The notes below the pieces were generated by a model. That model saw only the letters and a list, made by a program, of their open reading frames with translations, did no database searches and was not told the origin of the DNA. A program made the position numbers and the translations under genes. Positions 49,834 to 60,278 of a stretch of DNA of 64,000 nucleotides are shown one piece after another (within the stretch, counting starts at the first letter, position 1; the number at the start of each line of letters is the position of its first letter). Location: NCBI GenBank assembly GCA_000388065.2, contig KB932201.1; one strand, 5' to 3'. The DNA is from Fonticula alba ATCC 38817. Taxonomy: Eukaryota > Protista > Nucleariida.

Positions 49834-50747
49834 GATCGGTTCAGATGTTCCAAGAGGTGGGCATGGGTCCTCTGTCTCTTCCCCAGCATGTGGTCGAACT
49901 GGGACAGAGGGAATAAATATGAAATGCCAACGCAATCGGCGTCCGCGGAATGCGTCAGGTGATCAGAGATCCAGAACCTGGCCTTCCGCCGACCAGATGA
50001 TGGGACACCTCACTCGCCCACCCCCGCCTCCCCTCGGCACGACGCGCGGGGGGGGGGTCAGGGCGAGGCACGGAAAAAACGCCCTCCACTGGCCCGCCAG
50101 CCGGTCGGGCAGCCTCCCCCCCCCCCCCCAGGGGGACGAGTACGCACACACGCACACAGGGAGGATTGCAAAGGGGGGGGGGAGGACGGGCCGGGGACCG
50201 GCTCCCCAAGCAGTCACCGGGACAAACGGGCCGATTGCTGTGCCGATCATCTCTTCTGTGCTGCGGCCAGATCCGCCCCCGGGGCCAGGCATGAATCGGC
50301 ACGCGTGCGTCGATGCGCATCGATCCCTGAGCAGGCAACAGGCTGGGGAGCATGAGACAGGGGGGGGCGGAGGGGGGGGCGCTGAAATCGACCCCCCCAC
50401 AGAAGAAGGGGGACTACGTCATGGATTCACCGCCAGATCACCTCCTCCCCACCTCACTTTACGCTCCCGAAATATACACGCACGGCCCGGCCGCCATACG
50501 TGTGCATCCTCCCTCTGTTGGCTGCCACCACCCCCGCTGACTGTCCTCCCGTGTTCTTTCTCCTCGCCTGTTTCTCCTGTGCGTCCTGTCCATCCGCCTC
50601 TCCCTTCTCCCCGCCCACATCACCCACATCACCCACATCGCCCGCCTCCCTTCGCCGTGCCATCCCCCCGGCATAGCCACCTCCCTTTACGCACTTTTCC
50701 CTTGGCATCTGACCGCCTCCCCTTGCTTTGCGCCGGCTCCCAGCCTC

Positions 50748-51176
50748 ATGGCCAGCCAACGCCCCGACGGCGGGCGCACTGATGTGAAGCGTCCGCGCCT
50801 GGCCGGCGCCCCGGCCGCTGCGGTCGATGACGGCGACTCTCCACAGGCGGGCGAGTCGCCCAGCTCCTCGCCGGCGACCGCCAGCACCCCGGGGTCAGGT
50901 CAATCGACCAGCCGCCCGCGCGCGGTCTTCGCCAAGATGACCCAATGCGAGAAGAAGCGCCACGTCCGAGAGATCAATCGCCGTGCGGCGGCCAAGCTCC
51001 GGAACAAGATCGCCGCCAATGAAGATGCCGAGAAGCGCGAGCTCGCTGATCTTCTCCGGCAAAATGAGGCCCTCGAGCGCGAGCGGGCCAACCTGGTTGG
51101 TGTCATGCGTGGTCTGGAGACCCTCTGTACACTGCACTCGCTATCGCAATGCGAGCTGGCGAAAAAATCGAAATAG
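50748..51176 (+). CDS. Small bZIP transcription factor (AP-1/ATF-like), 142 aa
   Basis: Basic region KKRHVREINRRAAAKLRNK with invariant N-x7-R, followed by four Leu heptads (L-x6-L-x6-L-x6-L) in DLLRQNEALERERANLVGVMRGL. Confidence 0.9.
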   Translation: MASQRPDGGRTDVKRPRLAGAPAAAVDDGDSPQAGESPSSSPATASTPGSGQSTSRPRAVFAKMTQCEKKRHVREINRRAAAKLRNKIAANEDAEKRELADLLRQNEALERERANLVGVMRGLETLCTLHSLSQCELAKKSK

Positions 51177-51390
51177 ATGTGCACCCTTTTCTAAGACGTC
51201 CTCCCCGTTTCTTTGCCGGGCGCACATAAGACACGGACATCCACACACACACACACACATGTATATATGACTAATGCGTGTATGGCTGCGTGGAGAAGGA
51301 GGCGAGGAGTGGGGGGGGGGGATATCTTTATTCGGATGTGGGCCGCGGCCACGACGTGCGCATGAGTGATGGCGGCAGCAGCGGCGGCAA

Positions 51391-53383
51391 CTACAGGTCT
51401 GACAGCTCGGAAAAGTCCCACCCACGCAAGCTCCCTGCGCCATCGGCGGATACGCTCTGCCAGCTGGGTGTGACAGGTGTTGACAGAGGAGAGGAGAGGA
51501 GAGGAGACGGAGGTCAGTGAATATGCAAGAGAGGGGGGGGAGGAAGAGGAGAGGGGAGGAGAGAAGGAGGGAGGATGGAGACGCGATTGCTTCTACTCAT
51601 CGCCCCCCCCCCCCTCGCCCTGATAGAGAGGAGAGCCTACGCACACGGTCACCTCATTGGCGTAGCCCTCGTCCGAGAGCAGGGAATAAAGGGTCTTGTT
51701 GAATCGGACCACCGTCAGGAAGTGGTTGTTCCAGAAAAGTACCCCCACTGGCAGGTGAAGCGTGGCATGGGGGGATTCCGGCAGGCGGGTGGGCTGGACT
51801 TGACGCGTGGTGGTCGAGAATTGGAAGGCGTGCGCCGCGCGCACCCACGGCGGCCAGCTGCAGAAGTCCAGCAGACAGCTGATAACCTGCCGCAGGCCCT
51901 GGGTCGTCATCTGCGAGGAGCTGGCCACAAGGAAGTTCTGCAGCACCTTGGCTGGCATGGCAAGAGGCAAGGGAGAGAAGGCGGCCGGTGGGGAGGGGTG
52001 GGGGGGGAGAAAGAAACAAGAACACGGGGAAAGAAGGCCAAAGGTCAGCATGGTCGGCCCGCGACGCTGGAGCCACTCGGGCATGTCTGCGCACCCTGAT
52101 ACTTCAGTGCCAGGTCCTCGCTGCTTGATGCGGACACGATGATGTTTTGGATGTCATTGTAGCTCCGGCCCCGGAGGGCCTCAATTTGCGACAGGTGGTC
52201 GATCTTTTCCTGGGACAGCTCGCCGGAGGACAGGTTCTTCGGCAGCGATTGGGGAATCCACGCGTGGAACAGCGGGAGTTCCAGGATTTCAAAGAAAAAC
52301 CGCGCGTCGGACTCCTTGAACTCCTTGACGCTGAATGTGGCACGAGTGCAAGTGAGGGGCAATGGAGGAGCGAAGAAGGTTAAGCATGACATTGTTGGTT
52401 GGGGATCTGCGAAGGGCATGGCCGACGCACTGGTCGAATACCAAGTCGATGTCCAGGCCACGGATGGATTTGCGAATGGCCTCGTGTGCCGCTTGCAACT
52501 CCAGCAGGTACTGCAGGAAGTGGTCCGGCACGTAGTCGCTCTGGATGTGGGCTCCAGAGAAGAGCGAGTCGCGGCAAGAGCGCAGGGTGTTGTTATCCAG
52601 GGGAATCGAGTGCTGGAGTGCACGGATGGGCCATCGGGGGAAGGGGCGAGGCCGAGCAGGGTCAATCACATGTTGGAGAGAAGAGGCAGCAAGGAGGGAG
52701 AGGGGGCGGGGAGCTGTCAGAAACGACTGGCCGGCTTACCTTCTTCGAGAGGAAGCGCCGGGCGATGTCAAACACCAGCTTAGCCAGGTCCGTAGCGGGA
52801 ATGGAGTTGAATCCGGGAGGGATCGACAGGCGTCCCTGCAGAATGAGGGCATTTGCTGGGGACCAGGCGAAGGAAGTCAACATCGGGTGAGGGGCTCAAC
52901 AAAGGACACGGCCCCAAAGAGTGAACGCCTTATGTGCGTGCGTGCGTGCGTGCGTGTATGCGTGTGCTCACGCCTTCCCTCTGCCCCCACCGGGACAGAT
53001 TGGCGCGTACCAGCCGAAATCATCGGGCAGGGCCCGTTGGCGTTCTGGGAAACCACCTGAATGGGCATGGGCTCAACAGGGTCGCGTCCGGCCGCGCACC
53101 CGGGCCACACCATTGTCTTCAGGGTGTACTCGGAGAAGAGAAACCCATCGGCCCCGGGGTCGGAGGCGCCATGGGAGCTTGCATGGTCGCCGAAGAAGCG
53201 GAAGTCCTCGAGCGACAGCCGGTCCAGATGCTTATCAATCGCCAGCGAGAGGGGGTGTGGGGAGCCCGATCCGGAGGAAAAGCGTTCCCGCTCTAGGGCC
53301 AGCGCAATCTCGCGGTCCTCCTCAGAGAGCAGGAACTCAAACGACATGTTATCCGGAGGGGAGGTGGGGAGAGCGGGAGCCAC
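51391..53383 (-). CDS. MINDY1: MINDY-1/2 family deubiquitinase (FAM63/Miy1), multi-exon; start may extend into the N-gap
   Basis: Catalytic Cys motif QNANGPCPMISA|NALILQG, LFHAWIP, SYNDIQ, catalytic His motif LFWNNHFLT..LYSLLSDEGY; final exon V|WQSVSADGAGSL..F. Confidence 0.9.
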
Positions 53384-54751
53384 GGGGCCAACAAGGACGA
53401 AGGGAGAGGCGGGAAGAGGCAGCCAGATGGGAAGGGGCGCTAAGTCGATGGAGGGGCGGTGTGAAGGNNNNNNNNNNNNNNNNNNNNNNNNNNNNNNNNN
53501 NNNNNNNNNNNNNNNNNNNNNNNNNNNNNNNNNNNNNNNNNNNNNNNNNNNNNNNNNNNNNNNGGGGGGGGGGACGTGATATTGGCTAGAGCCCGAGCGG
53601 ACGGGGCGCAGGACCGGGACATGGGCAGATCTGACGGCCGATCATGCCAGTCCCCTCCGGTCCGATCGTCCCCCCCCCTCCCCATCACCACCACCCCGTT
53701 GCCGCCAGCGCCAGACACGCAATGGATGGTTCTGGGACCCCTGGGCCAGGAGGATTTGAATCAGAGAAGCGGCGGGTCCCCTGGGCGGGGGGGGGGGGGG
53801 GGTTGCGTGCCCATGAAAGAGCGGGCCTGCGTCCGCCGACACTCCGGGGCACGCCCGGCGGACGCTTGATTCTGAAGCTAAAGCACCAGGGCATCCCACG
53901 CAGAAGGCGCATTTCAGCCCGCCCAAGGGGCGACGGAGAGGCGGGGGGAAAAAAGAGAGGGCCGACAAATGGGCGAGGGGACGACAATATGGTGGCGGTG
54001 CCCAGCGTGCGGGGCGCCCTTCAAAACCGGCCACCGCAGACCACCACCCGCCGGAGGAGGCACCCCCGCCCCCCAGCAAGGGCACCTGCTCTGCCCTCTC
54101 CTGCGAGGGGACAGCCATCCGTCCGGGTGTGCGGCGAGGTGGATGCGCACCATGCAGCACACACAACGGCAATCCGCTCGGCACATGAATCGCCACCCCC
54201 CCCCCCCCTCCCACCCACACGCGGCTCACTTCGGGTTTGGACACATACACCTCCAGTCACAGTCGGGACATAAAAAAGTCCACCCCCGAGGGAGGCACTG
54301 GCTCCTGCTCAGGACTCTCCCCTGCCCTCCTCGCATGCCTCTCGCCACCGCCCCCCCCCCCACCAGTCTTAAAAAGCGCGTCGGAAGGCAAAATGTTTCA
54401 ATTCTTAAGAGGAGAAGAGAAAGGCCAGGGAAGAAGGCGCATTTCTCGTTGCAAACGAGGACAGTCACAGGAAGCCAGAGGCAAGAAAAGGAGCAAGAGA
54501 GAGCAGGCACGGGGGGGGGCGCGCGCGCGCGCACACACACACACACCGCCCCACGCCGGGCCACCTTGCATCTTTCTAGGGGGATAATGGCAACCGATGT
54601 GTGCGACTGGGCGAATGCAAAAAGCCGGCTACTGGAGGGGAGGAGAGAGGGCAGGATGCGTTAGAGGAGTGGTGGGGAAGAGATGCAGGGAGAGGGGGGA
54701 AAAGAGGGCGAGAGCGGGTTCAGAAAATGGTAAGAAGGGTATCTTCAATGA

Positions 54752-54820
54752 CACTTCAGAAGCAGAACTGGGTAGATTTTCATCAGTACAGCTCACGCGT
54801 CCCAAGAGGATCATCAGGGG
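54752..54820 (-). ncRNA. snR61: Box C/D snoRNA, snR61/SNORD38 homolog (LSU Am1133 yeast numbering)
   Basis: Box C TGATGA 54816-54811; box D CTGA 54759-54756. Guide CCAGTTCTGCTT is a 12-nt perfect complement to the conserved LSU AAGCAGAACUGG, and the D+5 rule selects the A of AAGC[A]GAAC. Confidence 0.9.
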
Positions 54821-55021
54821 GAGGGAGGAAAGGGCGCGAAAGACTTACCGATGGAAGAGGAGCTGCTTGCTCACACAGGGCGACGACAGGGAGGAGGGCG
54901 GATCACCCACTGCCGAGCCTAAGGGGGCGCACAGGGTGGAGGGAGGGAGGAAGGCGGCGAGTGTGAGTGACAGGAGGAAGGGGAAGGGGGAGGAAGGAGC
55001 GAAAGAGGGGGGAAGGTAGAG

Positions 55022-55093
55022 AGTGCAGATGGTAGTGCATGTTGGTATCGATCATGTTTCTCAGTCGATTATGTTTGTTCCTCATCCTCAATA
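55022..55093 (-). ncRNA. snR55: Box C/D snoRNA, snR55/SNORD33 homolog (SSU Um1269), with degenerate boxes
   Basis: Guide CATGCACTACCAT pairs with SSU GUGGUGGUGCAUG (G-U wobbles), and D+5 selects UGG[U]GGUGC. Box D reads CTGC (55028-55025), box C TGAGGA, internal CTGA and ATGATC. Confidence 0.78.
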
Positions 55094-55392
55094 CCTGAGA
55101 AAGAAAGTGAAAGCAAAGGAATGGCGAGACGGGAAGGGGTCGAGGGGGGGAAGAGCGCATGCATGTGTACCTCTGAGGCCTGTCCCCACTCAGGGGGGGA
55201 GGAAGGAAGCACGCGGGCAGCCGATCGCCCCAGCGAACAAGAGGCAAGGGCGACGGCTCCCGGCACTGGCGTACGCATGCCTGACAGCGCACCAACATAC
55301 ACTGGACAGGGAGAGAAAAAGGGAGGGGACATGTCAGCGGGAGCCAGGGGAGGGGGGAGGGGCGAGCGAGGAGAGGGAGGGGAGAGGGGTGT

Positions 55393-55484
55393 CTTCAGAA
55401 ACGAGGAATTGTCTTAGCCCATCGTATCAACGCAAGCTGTCAGGCAAGCGGATCTAGACTACAAACTGTGAAAAAACATCAGAA
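55393..55484 (-). ncRNA. snR57: Box C/D snoRNA, snR57 homolog (SSU Gm1572)
   Basis: Box C TGATGT 55481-55476; D' CTGA; box D CTGA 55398-55395. Guide AATTCCTCGTT is an 11-nt complement to SSU AACGAGGAAUU, and D+5 selects AAC[G]AGG. Confidence 0.88.
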
Positions 55485-56650
55485 GGAACACGCCGCCTTG
55501 GAGGGGGGGGGAGCCACAACCAGGGAGAGGGAGGATGTATATGTACCTGACACGCATGGGCTTGGAGCGCGCACGGGGGGAAGGCATATGGCAGGGCATC
55601 TCGGAAAGATGGGCCCGCGGCGGACATGACAGTGAAGCCGCGCACGCGCAGAGGGACCAACACGCTCAGGCCCGAGGGACGAGAGGAAGGGAGGGCACGC
55701 CCCCTACGCCACCGCGCGGCAAAATCCCAGGACAGAGGGACGTGCGCGAGCACGCACGCACCAAGCCACGGGAAGTAGAGAGGCGTGTGCAGGTGGGTGT
55801 GGGGGGAGGGGCCCAGCCCCCGAAATGGGTCGTGGGAAGGGGAATGTGCGCGTGCTTGGGGGCTATCGCACCAGCCCGGGTCTCTTTTATAGTGGCCAGA
55901 AATGTGCCGCGGTCATTCGGCCACCCCTCCTCTCGTGCCGGGGTCGCCACGCTTGCACAGTTCACGCGGCCCTCTTTCCTCGAACGCGCGCCTTGTCACC
56001 GCCTCCCAGGCAAACAGCCCCGGGGCATGCACGGCGCGCGCCGGGTCTCTCTGAGACAACGACCTGAGCAGCCGTGCGCCGGTCCGTCGCTCCAGCGAAG
56101 GGCCCTGGACCCCTTCATTCTTGTCCGGGGGGAGAAGGGTCCCCTCCCCGAGGTGCGAGCAGGCCGGGCAGAGCTCCCTCCTCCGCCCCACCCAGCGAGA
56201 CCGCACCGGCCCAGACGCGCCCCCATCCTCCTGAGCCCGGGGGGGTGGGGGGGTGCCAGCCCTACTGCCCGCCGGATAGATGTGTATTCTAAATCCCCCT
56301 CCACACGCCGACCCCCAATCGCGGTCAGGGTCCCCGCTGTGTAGGACTCGGTGGAGGAACCCCGAACAGGTGCCACAAAAAGTGGCATGCATCATCACAT
56401 GCTGTGAGAGGTGCCCACGTATCACCTTCCTCCCGGATCCCGATCGCCCCCCCCCCCCCCAGCCCTGCCGATTCAACACACTCACACATGCTTGCACTCC
56501 GCCGACAAGATGGTGGAACGTTTGTCTGAGGGGGCACCCCTGTCGGATTTGGGCGCGAGCTGGCCCGTGCAGTGAGAGCCTCTGCCATTCTTCCCCCCCC
56601 CCCCTTCTCCCTCCCCTCCCCGGCCTGGACCTCTCGCCCTCTCGCCCACG

Positions 56651-57741
56651 ATGGCCATCCTCTCGCTCCTCATTGCCTGCGGGGCCGGCTTCTATGTTCT
56701 CGGTGCGCCGCGGTCCGGCATCTTGGTCGCCTCTTGCTGTAGAATTGGACCCCTCCCCCCCCACTGATGCCCTTGCTCGATCATGGTGTGCGCGAAAATG
56801 AACACAAAAAGGCCCCACTGGCGCCCCGCAAGCAGCCCGGGTCCTCGGCTACACGGTCGGCACGGTGGTCAATATGGTCGTGCGCGGGCGCAGCGGCTTC
56901 ACCCGCTTTGTCAATCAGGCTGGACTACAGGATGTACGTGCCCCCGCCCCTGCCCTCCCTCTGGCTTTTCCTGCCGGCCAACGCACACGGCTGACTGATG
57001 TGCTTTCAGGTTCACCGCGATTTGGAGGGCACCATCGATCAGATCCACTCCATTCGTCGGGATCTGAGCTTTCGTGGAGCCATCCAGCAGGCCGTCTTCT
57101 CTGGTGGCGCCTCGGCATCAGCCCAGCACTATGTTCCACGCGAGCGAGTTACCCCGGCACCTGGGCCCGATGGCCCGGCAGCCTCGATCCCGGCGACCGG
57201 CGGTGCTGCTCCCTTTTCTCCTCTTTCCCCGGCCTCGCAGGCCGCTCCACCCGAGCACGGGGGCCAGGCGCCCGCGACAGTGGCCAGCATCCTGACCGCG
57301 GCGGCCAGTCAGGCCTCCCGACCGGTGGTCACGCACAGCGACCCAGGGTCCCTGAGCCCGGCTTCTCACTCTGGGACCATTTCCGGCGGCCATCGTCCGA
57401 TGGCCACGCCCGGGGGTGTTTTCGCCTCGCCCAGTCGAACAGGCACGCACTGGATGGCGAGAGGGCAATGCCGGACGGGGGGAGGGGCAGTGGGGCTGGA
57501 GCTGCCAGATCCCGGGGGGGGGGCACCTTCTCCTGACCCACACATCTCGCACAAGCATACACATACACCCATGCCTTTGCTGACCCTCTTGGCTCGCGTC
57601 CCCCCCCCCCCACGTATACGTCACCGCGTCGATGGCCACAATTCTCCCATACACAACCGCACAGATGCTCTTCCCGGCGGAGCGGATATCGTGGCACAGT
57701 CCTTCGCTCGCTCGCTCCAGCGCCCACAGCGGCCATCCTGA
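56651..57741 (+). CDS. tatB: TatB-like twin-arginine translocase subunit (mitochondrial mtTatB-type), ~227 aa, 4 exons (56651-56702, 56812-56933, 57010-57442, 57665-57741)
   Basis: Spliced product MAILSLLIACGAGFYVL-GP-TGAPQAARVLGYTVGTVVNMVVRGRSGFTRFVNQAGLQD|VHRDLEGTIDQIHSIRRDLSF..., disordered Pro/Ala/Ser linker, C-terminal GGADIVAQSFARSL. It has an N-terminal TM helix, an LGP hinge and an amphipathic helix. Exon lengths 52+122+433+77 = 684 nt keep frame. Confidence 0.75.
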
Positions 57742-57825
57742 GGCCGTGCCTGGTCATCCCACTGGACGCGGCACCCTTTCTTTCTGCCCAATCGAACGCA
57801 AAAACGACCCCTGTGTCCTCGTTGA

Positions 57826-57867
<42 letters not shown>

Positions 57868-60246
57868 TCCTCCTCCCCTCCTTTCGCCTGCGTCCCTCTC
57901 TCTGCTTGGGGAAGGGCAGTCGCCTGTGCTCGGGATCTGACCCGGCCGATCCGAGGCCGGCGCTGCGTCGGCGGTCACGGGTGTTTCTCGTGATTGGCCC
58001 CGTTGGAGCGTTGGCACTCATATATGCGCCCCATTTCTCTCGGGCGCCCTGCCCCTTGCAGGTAGCACATACCAAGGGTTGCCGCTGCTTGTGTAGCAGC
58101 CCCTTCCTGTTTCTCACTCAGCCCCTTCCCTTGCGGGAGGGGAACGCGGGGGCGCAGGGCACAATACGTTGCGCCCGGCGTCGCCGCGGTACACGCGTCC
58201 AGGGTGTGCCGGATGCGGCAATGCCCGGGTGCAGGGCGGGGGGGGGGGGGGGGGCGAGGTACCCGGACCTCGCGCCGATGACGAATGTCGCCGGCGGCAC
58301 ACGCTCGCCTGGGGGCCGCGCGTGTTGGCATTTTGAATGTGGCTGGGGGGGGGGGGGGGGGGCAGAGAGCCGAGACGAGTCAATTTGCGGTCCCCCCCCC
58401 TCTGCCATGGGGAGAGTGGGTAGGGGGATGATTATTGGCCCGCCGGGGCGCCCACGCCCGGGTGTCCCCCCCCCTCCCCGGGCATGGGGATGCCTCACAG
58501 GAGGAGAACGAGCTTGGCCCGACGCGCAGCGAGCAAAAGGCCCGGCAAAAATGGGGAATAATAATGTTGAGAATATGGCCAAAATCGGGTGCGTTCGCCG
58601 CGGGTCGCCGCCGCCCCACACGCCGGGGCGTTACACAAAGCGGGCAGGGAAGGGGATCCTGCGTCGCACCCCAGTTCCCGGATGGGGGAGCACCCTGCTT
58701 TTGTCCCCCGCCCGCAGATTGATTGCCAGGGCACNNNNNNNNNNNNNNNNNNNNNNNNNNNNNNNNNNNNNNNNNNNNNNNNNNNNNNNNNNNNNNNNNN
58801 NNNNNNNNNNNNNNNNNNNNNNNNNNNNNNNNNNNNNNNNNNNNNNNNNNNNNNNNNNNNNNNNNNNNNNNNNNNNNNNNNNNNNNNNNNNNNNNNNNNN
58901 NNNNNNNNNNNNNNNNNNNNNNNNNNNNNNNNNNNNNNNNNNNNNNNNNNNNNNNNNNNNNNNNNNNNNNNNNNNNNNNNNNNNNNNNNNNNNNNNNNNC
59001 CCCAATGCCTCTCTTTCGTGCATATCCACCTGCCTGGGGGAGGGGGTGTTGCGCGGCATTTTCCCCGACCCGGGCGCATCTCTCATCTGAGGCCGGCTGT
59101 CCACTCGTTGGCGAGGCGCCCGCGCAAATCATTCCCCCCCCGGCTCCCCGTCCTTGCAGACGGGCGGATCAAGGGAACCGGGGGCGGGGGGAGGCCCAGA
59201 CCGCGATGGTTGAGGGGTGGCCTCATGGCCCATTCCAGGGGATTTCCCCGACCGCGGCCACACGCACACACATGCATCTGCGCAAAGGCGCGCCCGGGTC
59301 CCCGTGCGGATGGTTATGGTACATGTATGATGTGCGTGTGTGCATGTGTGCGTGTGTGCGTGCGTGTGTGCGTGTGTGCGTGTGTGTAAATGCGCACGTG
59401 TCGGGGGCCCTACACCGGGCGGCCGACAGTTCCCCTTGTCGGTGCACTCCCTGCGGCCCCTTTGGCTTTTGACGCTCAGCCACGGACCCATGGTGCGCTC
59501 ACTCGCATCTGGGGGCATTCCCCCGGCCCACTGTTGGATGCCCTCGTCTGACAACTCGGGGCATTTCGTCGGAAGGCCTTGTCTCGGCCCTGGTTCGGGA
59601 CCCCGGCCCCCGTTCCTTGGGGCCGGGGCGCGAGGCCGGGGCGCGGGGCGCAGGGCACGGGGGGCACCCACCGTCTTGCCTTGGCGTGCCGCGAGCCCGC
59701 GCCCGATTGCAGCGCACGGGGCGCGGGGTGGCGGCGGGCCGGCTGGCGCCCCATGCATCGGATGCGCCTTCTGGCCGGGTCGGGCCGGCCGACCGCAAGA
59801 ACGGCCCGCCGGACATCGCAAAGGCGGTGCTTGGGATGTGTATCCGGGACGGCCAGGAGTTCTCGGCGTCGGGCCGGCACCCCTTCCTCGGGGGTAGGGC
59901 GCGGGGGGATGTCGGGCGCCCCCCCCCCCCCGCCCCCGGACATGGCCGGATGTGCGCGCGGTTTGTGCCCCCGGCCTCTAAGGCACGCCACCGGCAGGGG
60001 ATGGGCGATGTGCAGACGGATGCGTGCGCGCGCACTCTCACACACGCGTGTGCGGGCCAGGGGCGAGAGAAAGCGGCCGAGAGAGAGGGCCAGGAGTTGC
60101 ACATGCCCTGGGGCCCCGTACTCGGGCCACCATGGGTTGTGCTTCTCCCGGCCCCGCCGGCGATGTGGCCTCAGCCATGTTCCCGCAACGCCTCTCGGAT
60201 GAGTGGCGCGCGCGCCTCCACCCGCGAGCCCCTTGACATTCCGACT

Positions 60247-60278
<32 letters not shown>

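Larger units (their letters stand above)
54632..55892 (-). ncRNA. Spliced non-protein-coding snoRNA host gene with three snoRNA-bearing introns and micro-exons
   Basis: TATA (CTATAAAA, 55892-55885). Intron 55546-55302 (GTACAT..CTGAC..CAG). Micro-exon of 1 or 9 nt. Intron ending at 54863. 14-nt exon 54862-54849. Intron 54848-54632 (GTAAGT..CTAAC..CAG). No credible ORF across the exons. Confidence 0.7.

Noticed and set aside
56651-57741. Plastid Hcf106/Tha4 or bacterial contaminant origin for the Tat-like gene
   Set aside because: No transit peptide precedes the TM helix, no plastid-related genes are in the window, and the gene has spliceosomal introns in the host style. Phylogeny is still needed to exclude this formally.
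58520-58585. Sm-site-like ATTTTTG and GGCCTTTTG resembling the U2 5' end (minus strand)
   Set aside because: Matches are short and the rest of the U2/U5 consensus is absent.
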